Positions 24,492 to 37,699 of a stretch of DNA of 64,000 bases are shown here, in pieces. This DNA is from Folioceros fuciformis (taxonomy: Eukaryota): contig JBNGIO010006119.1 in the NCBI GenBank assembly GCA_049999805.1, forward strand, positions 40,770 to 104,769, written 5' to 3'. Positions within the stretch are counted from its first letter, which is position 1. Each line of letters opens with the position of its first letter. The position numbers and the translations under genes are program-made. Below the pieces are notes generated by a model. The model was not told where the DNA came from, did not search any database, and worked only from the letters and a program-made list of their open reading frames with translations.

Positions 24492-25951
24492 ATGGAAGGA
24501 ACATGCAGGGAATGTGAACGGTGTTGCTGCGAGCACAGCGCAGCCCGCAGCAGAGGGTGTAGATTATGTGCCACACACGCAGAGCTGGAAGACCAGATTT
24601 GTGCAGGTAAATTAAGAAGGAAAGGACAGGGAAGGTGAAAAAGCGGCTGGTGGGCTCTCCTCTGAGAGTGCGGGTGTTGCTGGCCGTCGTTGGTGACATG
24701 TGAAGGATGAATGGCTGGAGTAGGTGAAGACGGATTGCTGCCCAGACCAGTCGCTGGCAGCTAGCTGACTTGGCATCTTCTAGGGATGCACCAAGCATAG
24801 CGTTGGCATGGCGTCCCAGATTGGCGATGACGTGTTGGGATGCTCGGGCATCGTCCATGGCATCGGGCCTGCCTCCCACTCGCCCGCCTGTGTGAACGGG
24901 GTTCTCCATGTGGCCACCCCCGGTTGGTCGTGCAGTATATATTGTGATTTTTTGTGGTGGAGGAATTTCTTTTCTTTTTCTTTATTACGGGGGGCCTGGC
25001 CTTGTCATGGATGCCGCTGATGAGCGGAGTGGAGTGGAGTGCAGTGGATTTGTTTGTTGCCCCGCTGAGCAAGTCACGGGTGCCGCGGAAGCCGCTGCGC
25101 CCTCTTCCTCCTTCCTTCCTTGCCTTCCTCTGCGCCTCGGCCTCGGGAGGCTCTGCCGGTGCTGCTGCTGCCGCTGCCTCGGCTTGCGCTCCTCCTTCCT
25201 CGCCTGCCCCCACCGGCGCCATCGCCGTGCTGCAGGCCCGCCTCTGCCGCCTGCCCTGCCCTGTTTTTTGCCCCGGGCATTCCCCGTCTCCCAGCTTCGA
25301 TCTGCTCACCGGCGCTACGGTGGCTGCTTGCGAGTTCGCGGGACTAAGCTTGCGCGGCTCTGATCTGAGCCGGGCTTGCCTGCCAGGGGTTGCCAATTCC
25401 TGCGCTTCTTGCTTCCTTGTTCCAGGCTGCATGTTCCGTTTCTGTCCCCTCGGGGCCAGGGAGTCGAGCAGGTCGGAGTAGACCGGGAAGCGAGGGGACC
25501 GTCGCTTCCTGCCCTTGGCACCCGGCTTCCTTCCTTCTTGAATCTCGTTCCTTGAGCCGTGGCCGGTGATTCATCCTTGCGGCTTTGTTGCGTCTAGCCT
25601 TGACACGCTCTTGTGTAGCATCGGGAAGCCCTGGAGAGGTCGGGAAGCGGAAGTTGGTGATATTCTGGCACGCCTTGAAATGAATTCTCTAGTCTGATCG
25701 GCACTGGACTAGCACTGGGAGTACTGAATCATGGAGTTCGGCCCCCGGACATTGGTGCTTGAGGGGAGGTGTGCTGGCCGTGCGCGACAGCATGTCATGG
25801 ATGCCTCTGGGTTGCAGCCTCGGATCGTGTGCTTGGTTGAAGGCCGTGGACAGGGTTTGTCTGAAGGAATGTGACGCAGCCAGGAGCTGAGTTCGCCACT
25901 TAAGCGGAACCTGGGTTGGGCTCTCTCTATACTGTTACTCCAATTATAGCG

Positions 25952-28829
25952 ATGTCAAGGAAGTACATAGAGGCACGCAAGACTTTCAGCGGCCTAACCT
26001 CTGAGAGCGGCTCATCGGAAGATGCAATCGACATGAACGGGGAAAGGATCACGCTCACCCTCAAGTGCCCCGCGGCAGACAAGTTTCAAGGCGCCTCCTC
26101 TCCTACCTCCAGTTTGGGCAGACACTACCTCTCTCTCGGCCTGGCCGATCATGAAACAGGCCCCAAGAACCGGGCTGAGGGAGTGGAACGGTGTGACCTT
26201 GCCCTGGAGCGGCTCGCATATCCCAGCTCGGCTCCTACCGGCACCGACTTGCTATCTGTTGCTGAAGCTGGCAGTGAGCCAAATCCCTTCGGTTATCAGG
26301 CGTTGGCAACACAACGAAACCTGGAAGGTGAAGGGGCCAGGGAAGTGTCACCAGACAAGCATGCGGGAGAGGAAGGGGATGGTACTGCGTATGACACACC
26401 CGTCACGGGAACATTCTTTCTCTCCCGCACCAAGGGGGACTCTCGTGTTCCGGAGTCTGACTTTATGAATCTACGAAGGCACCGGCAGAGAAGCCCCGCT
26501 GCCGGCCAGCTTGTGGTGGCCCAGGAATCCGAGCAAGCTCCGTTCGCGCATGTGACGGGCTCGGAGGAAAGGCCCGCAGGGGTGACGGAGTATACATTCA
26601 TGGATGTCAAGAGCGCGTCGCAAGATTCGTGTCCCATGCTTTTCGGGCAGAAGCTCAGGCGCATACCGCCGGTGGAGAGCTCCGCTGGTAAGCAGGATGC
26701 TACAGTGGAGAAGGGGGATCAGCCCAGCCGCGCAACTGCGGCTGAGAGTGCGGATCTTGAAGGTCAGAATGTGCAACAGCTGAGCGGCCTGCCTGATATG
26801 GACACTTATCCTGGAGTGCAGGGTGCACCCGGAAAGAACCAGGATCTGAGCCCCGTCAGAGTTGATGCGGACACCGAGGCATCTAAAGAGTCATGTAGCA
26901 GGCCAGAGACGGGTGCTCCGTCGGGCTCGTCTTCGGTGCCTAAATCTGAGGCAGAGATCGTTGCTGGTAAAGATGAGGCTGCAAGTGGCGAGACGGAGGG
27001 AAAGGTCACGGAGCAGGTACTGGTGTCTGATAAGGCTGTGCTAAAGGAACCTGAGGTTGAGACTCCTTCGAAACCGAAAAACGAGGATCAACCTGCTCCT
27101 GTCAAACGGGTTGGGAGAATCATAAAGCTGCCAACGTCATTGGTCGGTGGCGGGAACTTTGATTTCGATGATAGGTATGTTGGGTATCCACAACCAGTCA
27201 TGCTTCTCGCCTGCACACTTGTTCCCTCTTTTGCATTTACCCTGTCGCCGGAAACTTGTATCATATTATCTCTTCTGCAGGTCCAGCTCCAGGAAGCGTG
27301 TCCGCACAGGATTTGACAGAGATTCGTTTGAGAGGGATCTTTCTAGGACAAGAGTGGCAAGAGACCGAGTAATTGCGAGAGAGCTTATCTCTGATTCCGA
27401 TGTCGATGATGAAGTATACGGTCAGGGCAGAAGCTTCGTCAAAGAAGAGGACATACCCAGGCACGGTCGGCGGGTGGAGTACTCACCTGGAATTTTCTTC
27501 ACAGATAGAAGCGATGATGGCAAGGTAGCCGGTGGTGGCCCTGGTCGAAGTGTGTTTAACCGTCTAGGTGGGGCGAACAACAGAGATACAGTGTTTGACA
27601 GGCTCATCTACAGGGGCCCTGACGACATGCAAGTCGGGGATAGAGACTATAAGACAGCACGGGACCGTCCCAATCAAGATGGAAGAGGATTTCTTTCTAG
27701 ACTTAGCAATCGGGGGATGCACACAGCAACTTATAGAGACAGAGATCATGAACCTTACCGCCAACATAGGGGTAGAGGTGGACCACATCATCAGGCAAGC
27801 CATGGTAGAGATCAGTACAGGTCGTCTGAGAAGCAGAACTATGGGCGCTCTTTTTCTGGCACCGACTTTTATACAGCAAGCCGTGACTTCGTTGTTGCCA
27901 ATGGCAAACTTCAACATTCGAGGAGTGCAAAACTATCTGGTTGGGACAGGTCTGTACAACGGTTGAGCCCTTTTGATACCACTGCAGATGGGGTGGGTAG
28001 ACGTTCCTGCTCTCCAGACGAGAGAACTTTCACTCGAAGCAGGAAACATGTAGTACACTCTCCTCCGTACCCGGCCTACCCGGCCCTATTGCAGCAAGCC
28101 AGGCAGAGCTCCTGCTCACCACCCCGTGAGACCACCTTCCATCGGACCTTCTCCCGTCATCCAGTAGCTGGGAAGTATGAAGTAGCAGCATCTTCAGATT
28201 TATACAGTCCCCATGATTTGGAACGCGGGCAGCAACGATCTCCTCAGCTATATCCAGAGGACCTGAGTGCTGGGAGGGGAGCATCTGCACGTGCAAGGCA
28301 TGAAGTATCTGAGGCAGCCGAGATGAGATCAGAACTGACAGACTACTGGGGTTCTGGGAAAACGTATACTGGGCTATCTGAAACTTCAGATCGCAGGAAC
28401 CATAGTGACGCCTCCGGCAGAGGGAGGGTTTCCACCTTGGAAGGCAACGTGGGAATGAAGGGGCACGTTGGACGACTGGAGGTCCATGAGGACGAAAAGC
28501 TTGTGGATTATCTGAAAGAGTTTGGCAATGACAGCAAGAATGGCAGACCTGGAAAACAGTCAACAAGCAAGGAATGGACTGGTCAGTCTGAGAATGGCTA
28601 CTCACCAGATGGGAGTACCAGAACCTTATATAATCTCAACTTTGGGACAGATCTTTCAGATGGTTTCGAATCAAGAAGGAACAAGGATGTTGTGAACAGA
28701 TCTGATCTTAGAATGGCCTGGGAACAACGAGAGTCCAGGCATGTCGCCACACGGACCAGGGATTTCACCTCTTCTGATGCTTGGCCTGAAGAGAGGCTGC
28801 AACTTGGAACGAACAGGTACCATGAGAAG
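25952..28829 (+). CDS. Large low-complexity, probably disordered hypothetical protein
   Basis: Two long ORFs are joined in frame by a GT-AG intron at 27175-27280. Acidic/Ser-rich N half, Arg/Asp/Ser-rich C half. Donor at 28830; a possible short last exon at ~29173-29244. Confidence 0.65.
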
Positions 28830-30216
28830 GTATGTTATTGAAACATGAGATACAAGTGGTCAATTGAAACGCTACACGTTTCCACCACTTGTAAGGTTGG
28901 GAAAGAATGTCGGGGGATGATGGTTTCTAACTGATGTCTGTGGATAAAGACGATCACAGACAGAGCATACTTCAACAGGTAGCGGGAGTGTGTTGTTGTC
29001 CATCCGTTTCACCTTGTGTCAGCTTTGGTGAACATAGCACGTCACCAGTGTTTCTGAGCTCAGTTCGAAATCCTGGGAGTTTGGATCTGCTCAGAGAATG
29101 AAAAACCGTACATGTCGGAAGGGTTCTCCACGTATGACTCATCCTCTTTGAACGTTGTCCGATTGTTACAAGGCTACCAGCGGGATGCAGCACGTGCTTG
29201 AAGATGACTGCCTCGAAAGTCTAATTGAACTGACGCCGAAGTAAAGACAGAGAAGCTGGACAAGCAGATGCGCAGCAGTGCGATGGTGGCTACCATTTTT
29301 CCGTTCTCTGGCAGAAGCAAGGTCAGTGCACAGGGTGCAAGTCAAGATGCCCCCATTTTTTTTCCCTCTGCCAACGGCATGCAGAATTTCGCGTCTCATC
29401 ACAACTATTGGGACAAACTGAGAAGTTTGACGGAGTTCCGTCTACTCTTCAATATGCACCTCAATCTCGTGACACAGAAATCGTTCTGTACCTGTAGAAT
29501 ACGTGCCCTGCGTTTAACACAACGAACCAACAATTCACACAGTAACAGAACCCAACCGGGGAACTCCGTAACGAGAACCATTTCAGGACACTGATTTCCG
29601 TCCTACCGGAATCGTGGATTCGCCCATCCCCAAACAATCCACCTGGAGATACTCAAAGAGGGGTCCGTGAATAGAAGTTGAAAATGTGAGACCCACTACA
29701 GAATTTGCTATCTCTACATCCAATTCTAGGCCAATCCTTGCAAAGTTCCACTTTATACCCTCGTGGCAGTGACTTGGAGAAGGGAGCATGAGGCGGACAT
29801 AGACGATTTGGTTGTAGGCCACAACTTCACAGCAACTGGACCCAGGGGTGAAAGAGGGAACTGGTGATCCGCGCCCTTCCCACGCCCACGCCGATCCAAG
29901 AGCCAAGTAGCTGCAGACCTTTTCCATGATCTGGATTCGAAAGGGCGGTGTGCTTGACCGTAGGAAACATCCTGCCAGCAAAACATGACACGTTACATTC
30001 AATCACACTGCTGGGCGATTTTTGACGCCATTGTCATGTTGCCACTTATTGGTGGACAATACCAGCCTGCAGTGCAGCAAACAAACTAACTAACCTCTTC
30101 TAAGATATCTTCTCTCATGCAGAGACTTGGCACTGGCCACCTTGGAGTCTAGCACGACGGACCTGAAAGATGGACAATACAGCAATGGAGTAGGGTCATG
30201 ACCGTGCAGACAAGCC

Positions 30217-31269
30217 TCAAATCTGTTACAGGCTACTGACAGGCCGACACTTGCGCACCCCGCAAAAAATTGAACCAAGAAGTTGCCAAGCCGTGTAGTA
30301 AGCAGATGCAGCTAACCTTGTCTTCGTCTTCTTGGCCCTCATCAGATGTCTCATCGTTGAGCTCACCGACCCTTTGTGCTTCTTTCTGCATCTGCAACTT
30401 GTTGTAGGATCTGTTCCCGATGGAGCCAAGGGGAACAAGGGCGGTTCCATGTGAAGAACTAGGACTACTCCGGGATCTCTTTTGCTGTGGTACCTGGATG
30501 TTGTTCTTGACCGTCTTGAGCCGTGCTCTCCTACCCTGCGTGCGAGTCAAGTATGAGCAATGGCAATGGAGCACGGGCACGGGACAGGTTAGAGAGAAAC
30601 GACAAGACAAGACAAGACCAGGCCAGACCAGACCAGACCATGCCTTTAGCCTTTCCGTATCCTCCATTCCCTGTCTGAAAAACCTGTGCACTAAACCCAG
30701 AGCCCGCTTAGAACCCACACAACACCACACAGACTGTCTTGCCTGGCACCTAGGAGAGAAAAGAGACGTGGTGGTGGTTCCTGGCTGCCAAAACACCCAC
30801 CTTGCCCATGCACTTCTCCAGGTGCGGAGCAAAGCGGCCTGCCACAATGGACCGCCCGCAGTTCATGCAATCAAACGCGTCAGAGGCAATGGACGGATGC
30901 GTCTGCCCGAACACGTCCACTGCAGACTTGCTGCCGCCACTGTCCGCCCCTGCGCCACTGAACCCGGCCTCTCCCGCATCGTCCCGTTCTTTATCCGACG
31001 ACCGCGCGTCCTCCTCCTCCTCCACGTCCAGCCGGTAGTCGAACCCCAGACGGGCCGCTCTATGTGCCTCCGTTGCAACATCCGTGATCAAATAATCCAC
31101 CAGCTCCGTAAACAGAAAACTTGCTTCCTGCGACACGCCACCAATGCCCACAAGAGCACCAAAGCTTCAGAGGCAAAAGTGCGGCAGCCGGCCCCAACCC
31201 ACAAACAGCTGCAGGCTCAGGCTCAGGCTAAGGCTCAGGCTCAGGGTCAGGCTCAGGCTCAGGTTCAGT

Positions 31270-31301
<32 letters not shown>

Positions 31302-31458
31302 AAGGATGAGGCTCAGGGTGAGGCTGGGGGTGAGCTCAGCTGTCCTCTCATCTCATGCCAATCCATGTCATGTCAGATGATGGCATGTGCTCCCCCCTCC
31401 CCACCTCCTTGATGGCAGACCCCGCCTGCAACGATCCCTTCACCTCCTGCTCCTTCAT
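30217..31458 (-). CDS. SGF11: SAGA-associated factor 11 (deubiquitination module)
   Basis: ELVDYLITDVATEAHRAARLG...VDVFGQTHP...FDCMNCGRSIVAGRFAPHLEKCMGK|GRRAR (Sgf11 zinc finger). Four exons; first (ATG 31458) and last (stop 30217) are tentative. Confidence 0.88.
31213..31325. repeat. (GGCTCA)n hexamer microsatellite in SGF11 intron 1
   Basis: Direct reading of the sequence. Confidence 0.9.
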
Positions 31459-31602
31459 GGAATGCCAGCCTGCTGTGCGACAGACGTGCAAACCCACGGT
31501 GAGACGCGCAACTCGATACGCGATACGGGATAGCCTGTGAGAGGGCAGGACCCGAGTGGGAGCCAGCAGCTGCCCCGAAAATCTGCTGCTGGCAATGATG
31601 AT

Positions 31603-31655
31603 GTCCTGGTCCTGGTCCTAGTCCTGGTCCTGGTCCTAGTCCTGGTCCTGGTCCA
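31603..31655. repeat. (GTCCTG/GTCCTA)n hexamer microsatellite
   Basis: Direct reading of the sequence. Confidence 0.9.
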
Positions 31656-32537
31656 GGGCCTGCTGCCAGTGCGGGGGCCGTTGAGGCAACTGGCCGGTAG
31701 GAGGTTATTCCCTCCCTCTTTACCGTCGTCTCTACAAACCGCCTTATAACCTAGCTACGTACACTAGTGTCCAGTAGTACTCTACAGTAATAATATCCTC
31801 TCTGTTTTTCATTACTCCTCCTTCCCCTAAAATCCAGCCCCTGCCCTTCCCTCTGCCCACCATCATGTGCGGTTCCGGCACCAAGTACTGCTACTCACAC
31901 ACTTCCATCCCATCATCGCTCCGGTCCTCCCTTCCCCGATGCATGTATACAGTACAGTGTGTATCACACCCACACCCTCCGTCACCCAAACGCGCCAATT
32001 GCCTCGCCCCATATCTTGAAAATTCCATCCGCTCCACCGCTCTCCCCGTCGCACCACCCAGCTTCGTCTCCACCCGCCACGCCACTCCCTCGATCAACTC
32101 GCCTGCATTGCCATTTCCACTGCGACTGCGTCTGCGTCTGATGAAGTGCCAGGAGTGCGTTTCGGACAGCGTCTCTCATCTTCCACGGTTTGATCGTTCT
32201 CCCTCTCTCCGTGAACCAACTCTGCATGCTCCTCCCTCGGGCTGCTGGGCACACTGAAGCGTGAAGCGTGTGCCTCATGACGCAGGGGGGAGCTTCAAGG
32301 ACGCTACGTTAACTGCTATGCATCCCTGTATTACGGTACACCAGCCCAGCTGCAGCTCTCCTGCTCCTCATGGCGTTCTTGATCTTTGCTACTGTACATG
32401 AACGATGTCATGCATGCATGTAGTTTGGTGCCAGCGTGAGGGGGGCAAATCTTGGGTATGGACTCCGCTGCAGATCAGTCATGCACTTCTCGGCTGACAT
32501 CCCCGGTTTCGGCTGTGGGCAGACGGGGGCCCTCAGG

Positions 32538-32636
32538 ATGAGATATCTCAGAGCCTCAACAAGGAGGAGAGCGGATTTAGGAAGCTGATGCGGGCGCAGT
32601 ATGAGCCCGAGCACGAGCCCGAGCACGAGCACGAGC

Positions 32637-32679
<43 letters not shown>

Positions 32680-34054
32680 TGCCGAGGTTGAGAAGGGGGA
32701 GGAAGTCTTGAATTACGGGAGGCTCAGGGAGGCGCCTTTGATGAAGGCGGGGGCTCGGAGGGACCGGCACTCGGCGCTCAGGAGCCTAGGGCTGGTGACC
32801 AGAGACGGGGAGCGGAGGCCGTTTCGAGGCCATTTCTGCCGCCTGGTCCTGAGCCAGGAGTACGAGGTGGACGGCTGGGACTCGCAGCGGGGGCTCTTGC
32901 GGATCAATTCCCGCTACACGCTGTCTCTGCGGCCGGAGGTGGTGGGCGCCTTCATGGGTATCGACTTCACGGGTCCCGTTCCCGAGCAGCGCGCGGCCCA
33001 GGACAGGTTCCGGGAGCTGGAGCGCTACATTGTGCAGCAGCCGCGGACATGCAGGAACGTGCCGGCTCGGGCGCCGTCCCTGTCCAAGGGTCTGGCCGCG
33101 GACTGCCTCGAGCCCAGGCTTCGGGACTATATCAGGATGCGCAGGCCCGGGCTGGGATTCACCAACCCGGACCGCCAGCTCGCGCACACTCAAGTGTTCG
33201 CCTTCAAGGAGGAGCTCTACTCCAACAAGCGCTTCGACTGGGTGTCCACCAGGATCATCCGGATCGAGAACGTGCTAGACCAGGCCATCGGGCGCAGGTG
33301 CCGTCTCTCGGAGTCGCTCAGGGAGTTCCTGCTGCGGTATGTGGAGGAGGCCATGGATTACTTCTTCGAGGTGAGGGGAGACGCGGAGGTGGTGCATGCC
33401 GCCCCGATCCTGGGCCTGGAGCAGGGTGTGGGAAGCGTCGTCACTGGTAGGCGAGGGAAGGAGCTGCAGCAGCAGCAGCAGCAACACGGATATGGGTCGG
33501 GTCCTGGTCCCGGTGCTGGAACGAGGAAGCGTGTGGGAAGGCCCGCTAGCGTTGTGGGTCGGGAGATGGGGGAAGCTTGGGAGGGGAGGAACAAGATGCC
33601 CAAGATCGAAGTCGCCGACGAGGAGTTTGTCCATGTCCCGGTCCAACTGCTGCAGCCTGAGATCGAGAGTAATTCCGTGCTTGTGACTGGGAAGCGGGAA
33701 CAGGAGGAGGCTTGCGAGTTGCTCAAGCGCGTGGAGGGCTTGGAGAGGAACGTCGAGTTGGAGAAGGCCAGGTGGGCAGACATTCTGAATAGAATTTCAG
33801 CCTTAGAGCAGCACCGAGATCCGGAGTACAGTAGTGAGAAGAGGGAAATCGAAAGGGAAAGGACGGAGCTCATGGCCGTGACAGACCTGCACGATGACTT
33901 AAGGTCAAGGGATCAGGATGCCGAAACGAATTCCACCAGGTTGGGCAGATTTATGGAAGCCATGAAAACCATGGTCAGCCCCGCGCTTTTCTTCGGGACT
34001 CGGAACGGGAGAAAGGCTTGTCACGTGGTTACAGCGTCCCTGAATAGATCATAG
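32538..34054 (+). CDS. Hypothetical protein: (EP/EH)n tract, globular mid-region, C-terminal coiled coil
   Basis: 488-aa ORF with GC3-rich codons; the frame is open back to a CAG acceptor at ~32537, so an upstream exon is possible. No family recognised. Confidence 0.65.
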
Positions 34055-34587
34055 CCTGGCTGATCAAAATGCTTATACATGATTTCATCTGCAGCTTGGG
34101 CCGTTTCAGAGCCAGCTATCACAAGTTCGACTCCTCGCACGGGCACCTCACCCTTTGTACGTGTACACTTCAGAGCCTTTTTCTGCTTGGAGATGCAAGG
34201 GACTGACAAGTCTGCAGCAGAAAGGCCAAGGCTAGATGCTGCAGGAAGTCCCCAAAAAAGGCCTATTCGAATCTCCGCAAATCGAGCTGGTGTGAACGCG
34301 CATGTGAAGCTTAAAAGAAACTCCAAATTTGAAATGTTGTCCACGTAACAAATTGTAGACGTTGGCGACCCCTATTCGCAATGATGTACATACATACTGC
34401 ATGTATATACATATTTATAGGGTTGCGAACCGCCAGCGATTATTTGGAATTTTTTGTGTCACTGGCCATCGAAGTCCTACTCTTGGCGTCGGCCGGCGTT
34501 CACTTGTAACAGGAAGGCGGCGGAGCACAGGTTGCCGGAATTGTGTGGGAGCGCATCTCGGAGGTGGTGTTGACGGTGCTAGTCGCC

Positions 34588-35073
34588 ATGAATTTGGGTG
34601 GGGTTTTCAAGCAAAAGAAGCAGAGTTCCATCAACAGATTCAAGAAGCCAGGTGATGGCAGCCCTCCCAGCGCAGATCAGGTCAAGCCAGGAGGCTTTCA
34701 ACTCAAGGAGGGATTGAGGACGGGAGAAACCGCTACTATGATGCGCACATTCCGTAAGTGTCTGAGCTTTCTAATGAGGATTTCCCGCCACGCATGGAGG
34801 TCGCTCGCTCGTCTGTTATTAAGCTTGCCTTTTCTCGTAACTCCGTCTCTGACGGATGCGCGCCCTGGCCTGTTTGATGCAGAAGGGTACGATGTGGAGG
34901 AGACCTTGAAGGATTTCGACCTCAACATGAAGTTTGGCCCTTGCCTGGGGCTGTCCAGACTAGATCGCTGGAACAGGGCGGAGAGCATGGGGCTCAACCC
35001 GCCTCCGCTGGTGAAGCAAATACTAGAGGATTCTGCTGACCTCTCACAGTGCTTGTGGGAGGGAAGGGTTTAG
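34588..35073 (+). CDS. POLD4: DNA polymerase delta subunit 4 (p12)
   Basis: LKDFDLNMKFGPCLGLSRLDRWNRAESMGLNPP...CLWEGRV; one GT-AG intron at 34754-34882. Confidence 0.9.
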   Translation: MNLGGVFKQKKQSSINRFKKPGDGSPPSADQVKPGGFQLKEGLRTGETATMMRTFRKCLSFLMRISRHAWRSLARLLLSLPFLVTPSLTDARPGLFDAEGYDVEETLKDFDLNMKFGPCLGLSRLDRWNRAESMGLNPPPLVKQILEDSADLSQCLWEGRV

Positions 35074-35639
35074 CAGCGTTCTCATTTTATTGGTTAGGCT
35101 TGGGGAGCTCCTTCTTGTGCTCCTTTGTACAGCTAGGGTTAGCGCGTCTTGTTAGCTTCTGTTAACACAAAACATAGCCAGTTGCAAGCAGGTTTGAGAT
35201 CGGTGCCCACATATCGTCACTCTCAAGTGTTGTTCAGGTGCAACCCTGAGAGAAGGTGCAGCTTATTGTGACGTGCACCTGGAGATCACTCTCCGTTGCT
35301 TGTTTACAGCCAAGCAAGGCAAGGGAAGCAGGGGTATTTACAATCGGCGCAGAAAGAGTAGCTCGCACGTTGGCGAACGTAGGCTGACGGCAAGGCTTCG
35401 TTCACCTTGGTCGTGGATATAATTCCTTGTAGCCTTATAGGCTTCTTAGCATTTCTACAACATAGTCTAAACCCTCATACAGTTGACCACTTTGTGCCTG
35501 ATAGATATTGTACCTCCAGCAATTAAGTACTGTATGTGGATTTACGTTGAGCCTCCATGTTTTCGCCAGTATGAAAAATTCTTGACAGATGTTATTATTC
35601 GAATATGTGAATGCCTTGAAAAAAACTTTAAACAAATAC

Positions 35640-36215
35640 CACCTAAAACATCATAGACCGGAGAAAGGGCCTACCTACCACTAGGGTTGTTGGGGTTGTT
35701 GTCGCCACCCCTGCTGACAATGTTGTTGTTTTGTATATAGCATTAGCCTGTTGTTCTGTATATAGCATTAGCCAATGCTCGTTATAGACCAATAGAAAGC
35801 GGAAGATGAAGATTATTTTTCCTGTTGTAAACTACCTTTGTGCAAGACTTCGAAAACTTGAAAAATCCCTTGCACATGGCCCCGTGGGCCTCAATGGCAA
35901 GGGGCACAAAGATGTGTCTAGCCTGAAGAGAGGTGTACTTGTGAACCTTCGCCAACGCACTCCACTCTACCGCCCAAACTGAAGAGTTGGGAATAACCAG
36001 GTCAGTAATAAAACTTGTTGATCTCGAAGACAAACACCATTAAGTAGACTTGTAGAATAACATGCTTGAAGAAAGTGACCTCATATGGAGTTCATTACAA
36101 CCAGGTCAGTAATAAAACTTGTTGATCTCGAAGACAAACACCATTAAGTAGACTGTACAAGCGCACCCTGAAGGACAAAAAGCCAACCTCCTTGGCCAAG
36201 GAATACATGAACAAA
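35640..36215 (-). mobile_element. 3' fragment of an RLE-type (CRE-like) non-LTR retrotransposon
   Basis: SLAKEVGF..LYSLLNGV..DLV..KVHKY..HIFVPLAIEAHGAMCKGFFKF..LANAIY aligns by eye with 42500-43040. Contains a ~55-bp internal duplication. Confidence 0.75.
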
Positions 36216-36239
36216 GCCAACCTCCTTGGCCAAAGCAAC

Positions 36240-36720
36240 CAAAGTTTTTATTATATCTTTAATTAAAAGCAAATATTTTATTTAGGAAGGGAAACTAATA
36301 TTTCAATCAATCCCAACTATAGTTTTAGAAAAGAGTTCTCTTTATGTTAGTCTCTATGAAGAGAATGGAAAGAATCCCATCTTAAGAGGAAGCTTACTTA
36401 CAAATTGCTCAGTTAAGGTGGTTTGGCATAAGGCCGGGCTTGGACCTGGGCTCCACGAGAGACAAGAGAACTTGAACTTGTTGAACAAGGTGTATCACAT
36501 CCCCCTCATTTTAGCTCTTGCAAGGGAGCACACAATTCAAACTTTCGGTGTTGAAATTAGGTACCCCTAGTTGTACCCGAGTTAGAGAACTTGGTTGTGC
36601 CTGAAATCCCATACACAATGTGGAGTCGTAAGCATCTCGTACGCTTATCAAAGTAGTTTTCTCTATTCTCGCATGAGTATTTTTAGCTATGGCTTCCGAT
36701 AGTGTGTTCATTTTTCTAGT
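36240..36720 (-). mobile_element. Probable 3' end of an LTR retrotransposon (polypurine tract plus LTR start)
   Basis: The minus strand reads ...QLGV... then AATGAGGGGGA|TGTGATACA at ~36510-36492, i.e. a PPT followed by TG; AT-rich TATA-containing sequence follows. Confidence 0.45.
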
Positions 36721-37236
36721 GTGGCTACTTCTTAACAGGTTTAAGAAGAGGCAAGGCGTAGCCCCAAAGCATTCTTCTTTTCCCTAAGAAACCTCCTAGT
36801 GTGGTTTAGGACAGGGGTAGGGTGTCGCGCCATAGCCTTCATCTTTGCCCTTTAGAGGCTTATTTTAGCCTTGTTCAATAGCCATCACACTACTTTTTTA
36901 CACTGTATGGGCTACACGAGGTCTTGAGACCTTTTTCTTTATACCTCTTCCTATTACGCACTAGCCACTGGGGAAGATTGGCCTTATTTTCTTATCGTGT
37001 GAGCTTGGGTAAGAGAGGGGTACCAAGGCATGCATCTGACACTTCTATGTCCCACAATAAACTCTACCATGGGCATAGGACTGGGAGCATGGTGCAACAC
37101 AATGTTGCATGGATGTTGCATTTTTCCTAGACACATATTGGGAGACTATGTGAGAATGGGTGTATAAGCCTTGCAACATACGAATCTACTCCTATAATGG
37201 GTATATCTACAACCAATGATGCATATACAAACGTTG

Positions 37237-37420
37237 TTTATAGTGAGTAGTACACCAAGGAACGAACATGGAGACCTTGCCAATACTTAAATTAGTCATG
37301 ATGTACATGCAGTTTATAGTGAGTAGTACACCAAGGAACGAACATGCAGACCTTGCCAATACTTAAATTAGTCATGATGTACATGCAGACCTTGCCAATA
37401 CTTAAATTAGTCATGATGTA
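37237..37420. repeat. ~75-bp tandem duplication plus a partial third copy
   Basis: GTTTATAGTGAGTAGTACACCAAGGAACGAACATG.AGACCTTGCCAATACTTAAATTAGTCATGATGTA repeated. Confidence 0.85.
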
Positions 37421-37699
37421 GCGAATCACAAGATTCTGGCTTTCTATGTTACTTGCAAACAAGTTCATGTGCGGTATTCAAAGGTTGTCCACCGTTCATT
37501 GTAGAGCATTGTACCCTGCAATTGGGAGTCTTTGTATGAACAAGTCACCGTGTTGGGCCCACAAGTTTGTGATTAGTAAAGCGGCTGGAGTATTTGTATT
37601 CAACTAACTTATAGCAAGGTTAGTTATTGAAGTTTCAGCCAACATCGATATCCTAGGCAACAAAATGCAGGGAAATGTATGCAGATGATTGCGGTTGTT

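Noticed and set aside
24761..25481. Overlapping GC-rich ORFs on both strands
   Set aside because: Low-complexity sequence with no family signal; better explained as promoter or 5' UTR of the gene at 25952.
30420..31412. 330-aa plus-strand ORF with a QA repeat
   Set aside because: It is antisense to SGF11 and is kept open by GC-rich sequence and a stop-free microsatellite; no recognisable domain.
35233..35283. Small hairpin downstream of POLD4 as a riboswitch or ncRNA
   Set aside because: Only an ~8-10 bp stem, with no TPP-riboswitch, tRNA or snRNA consensus.
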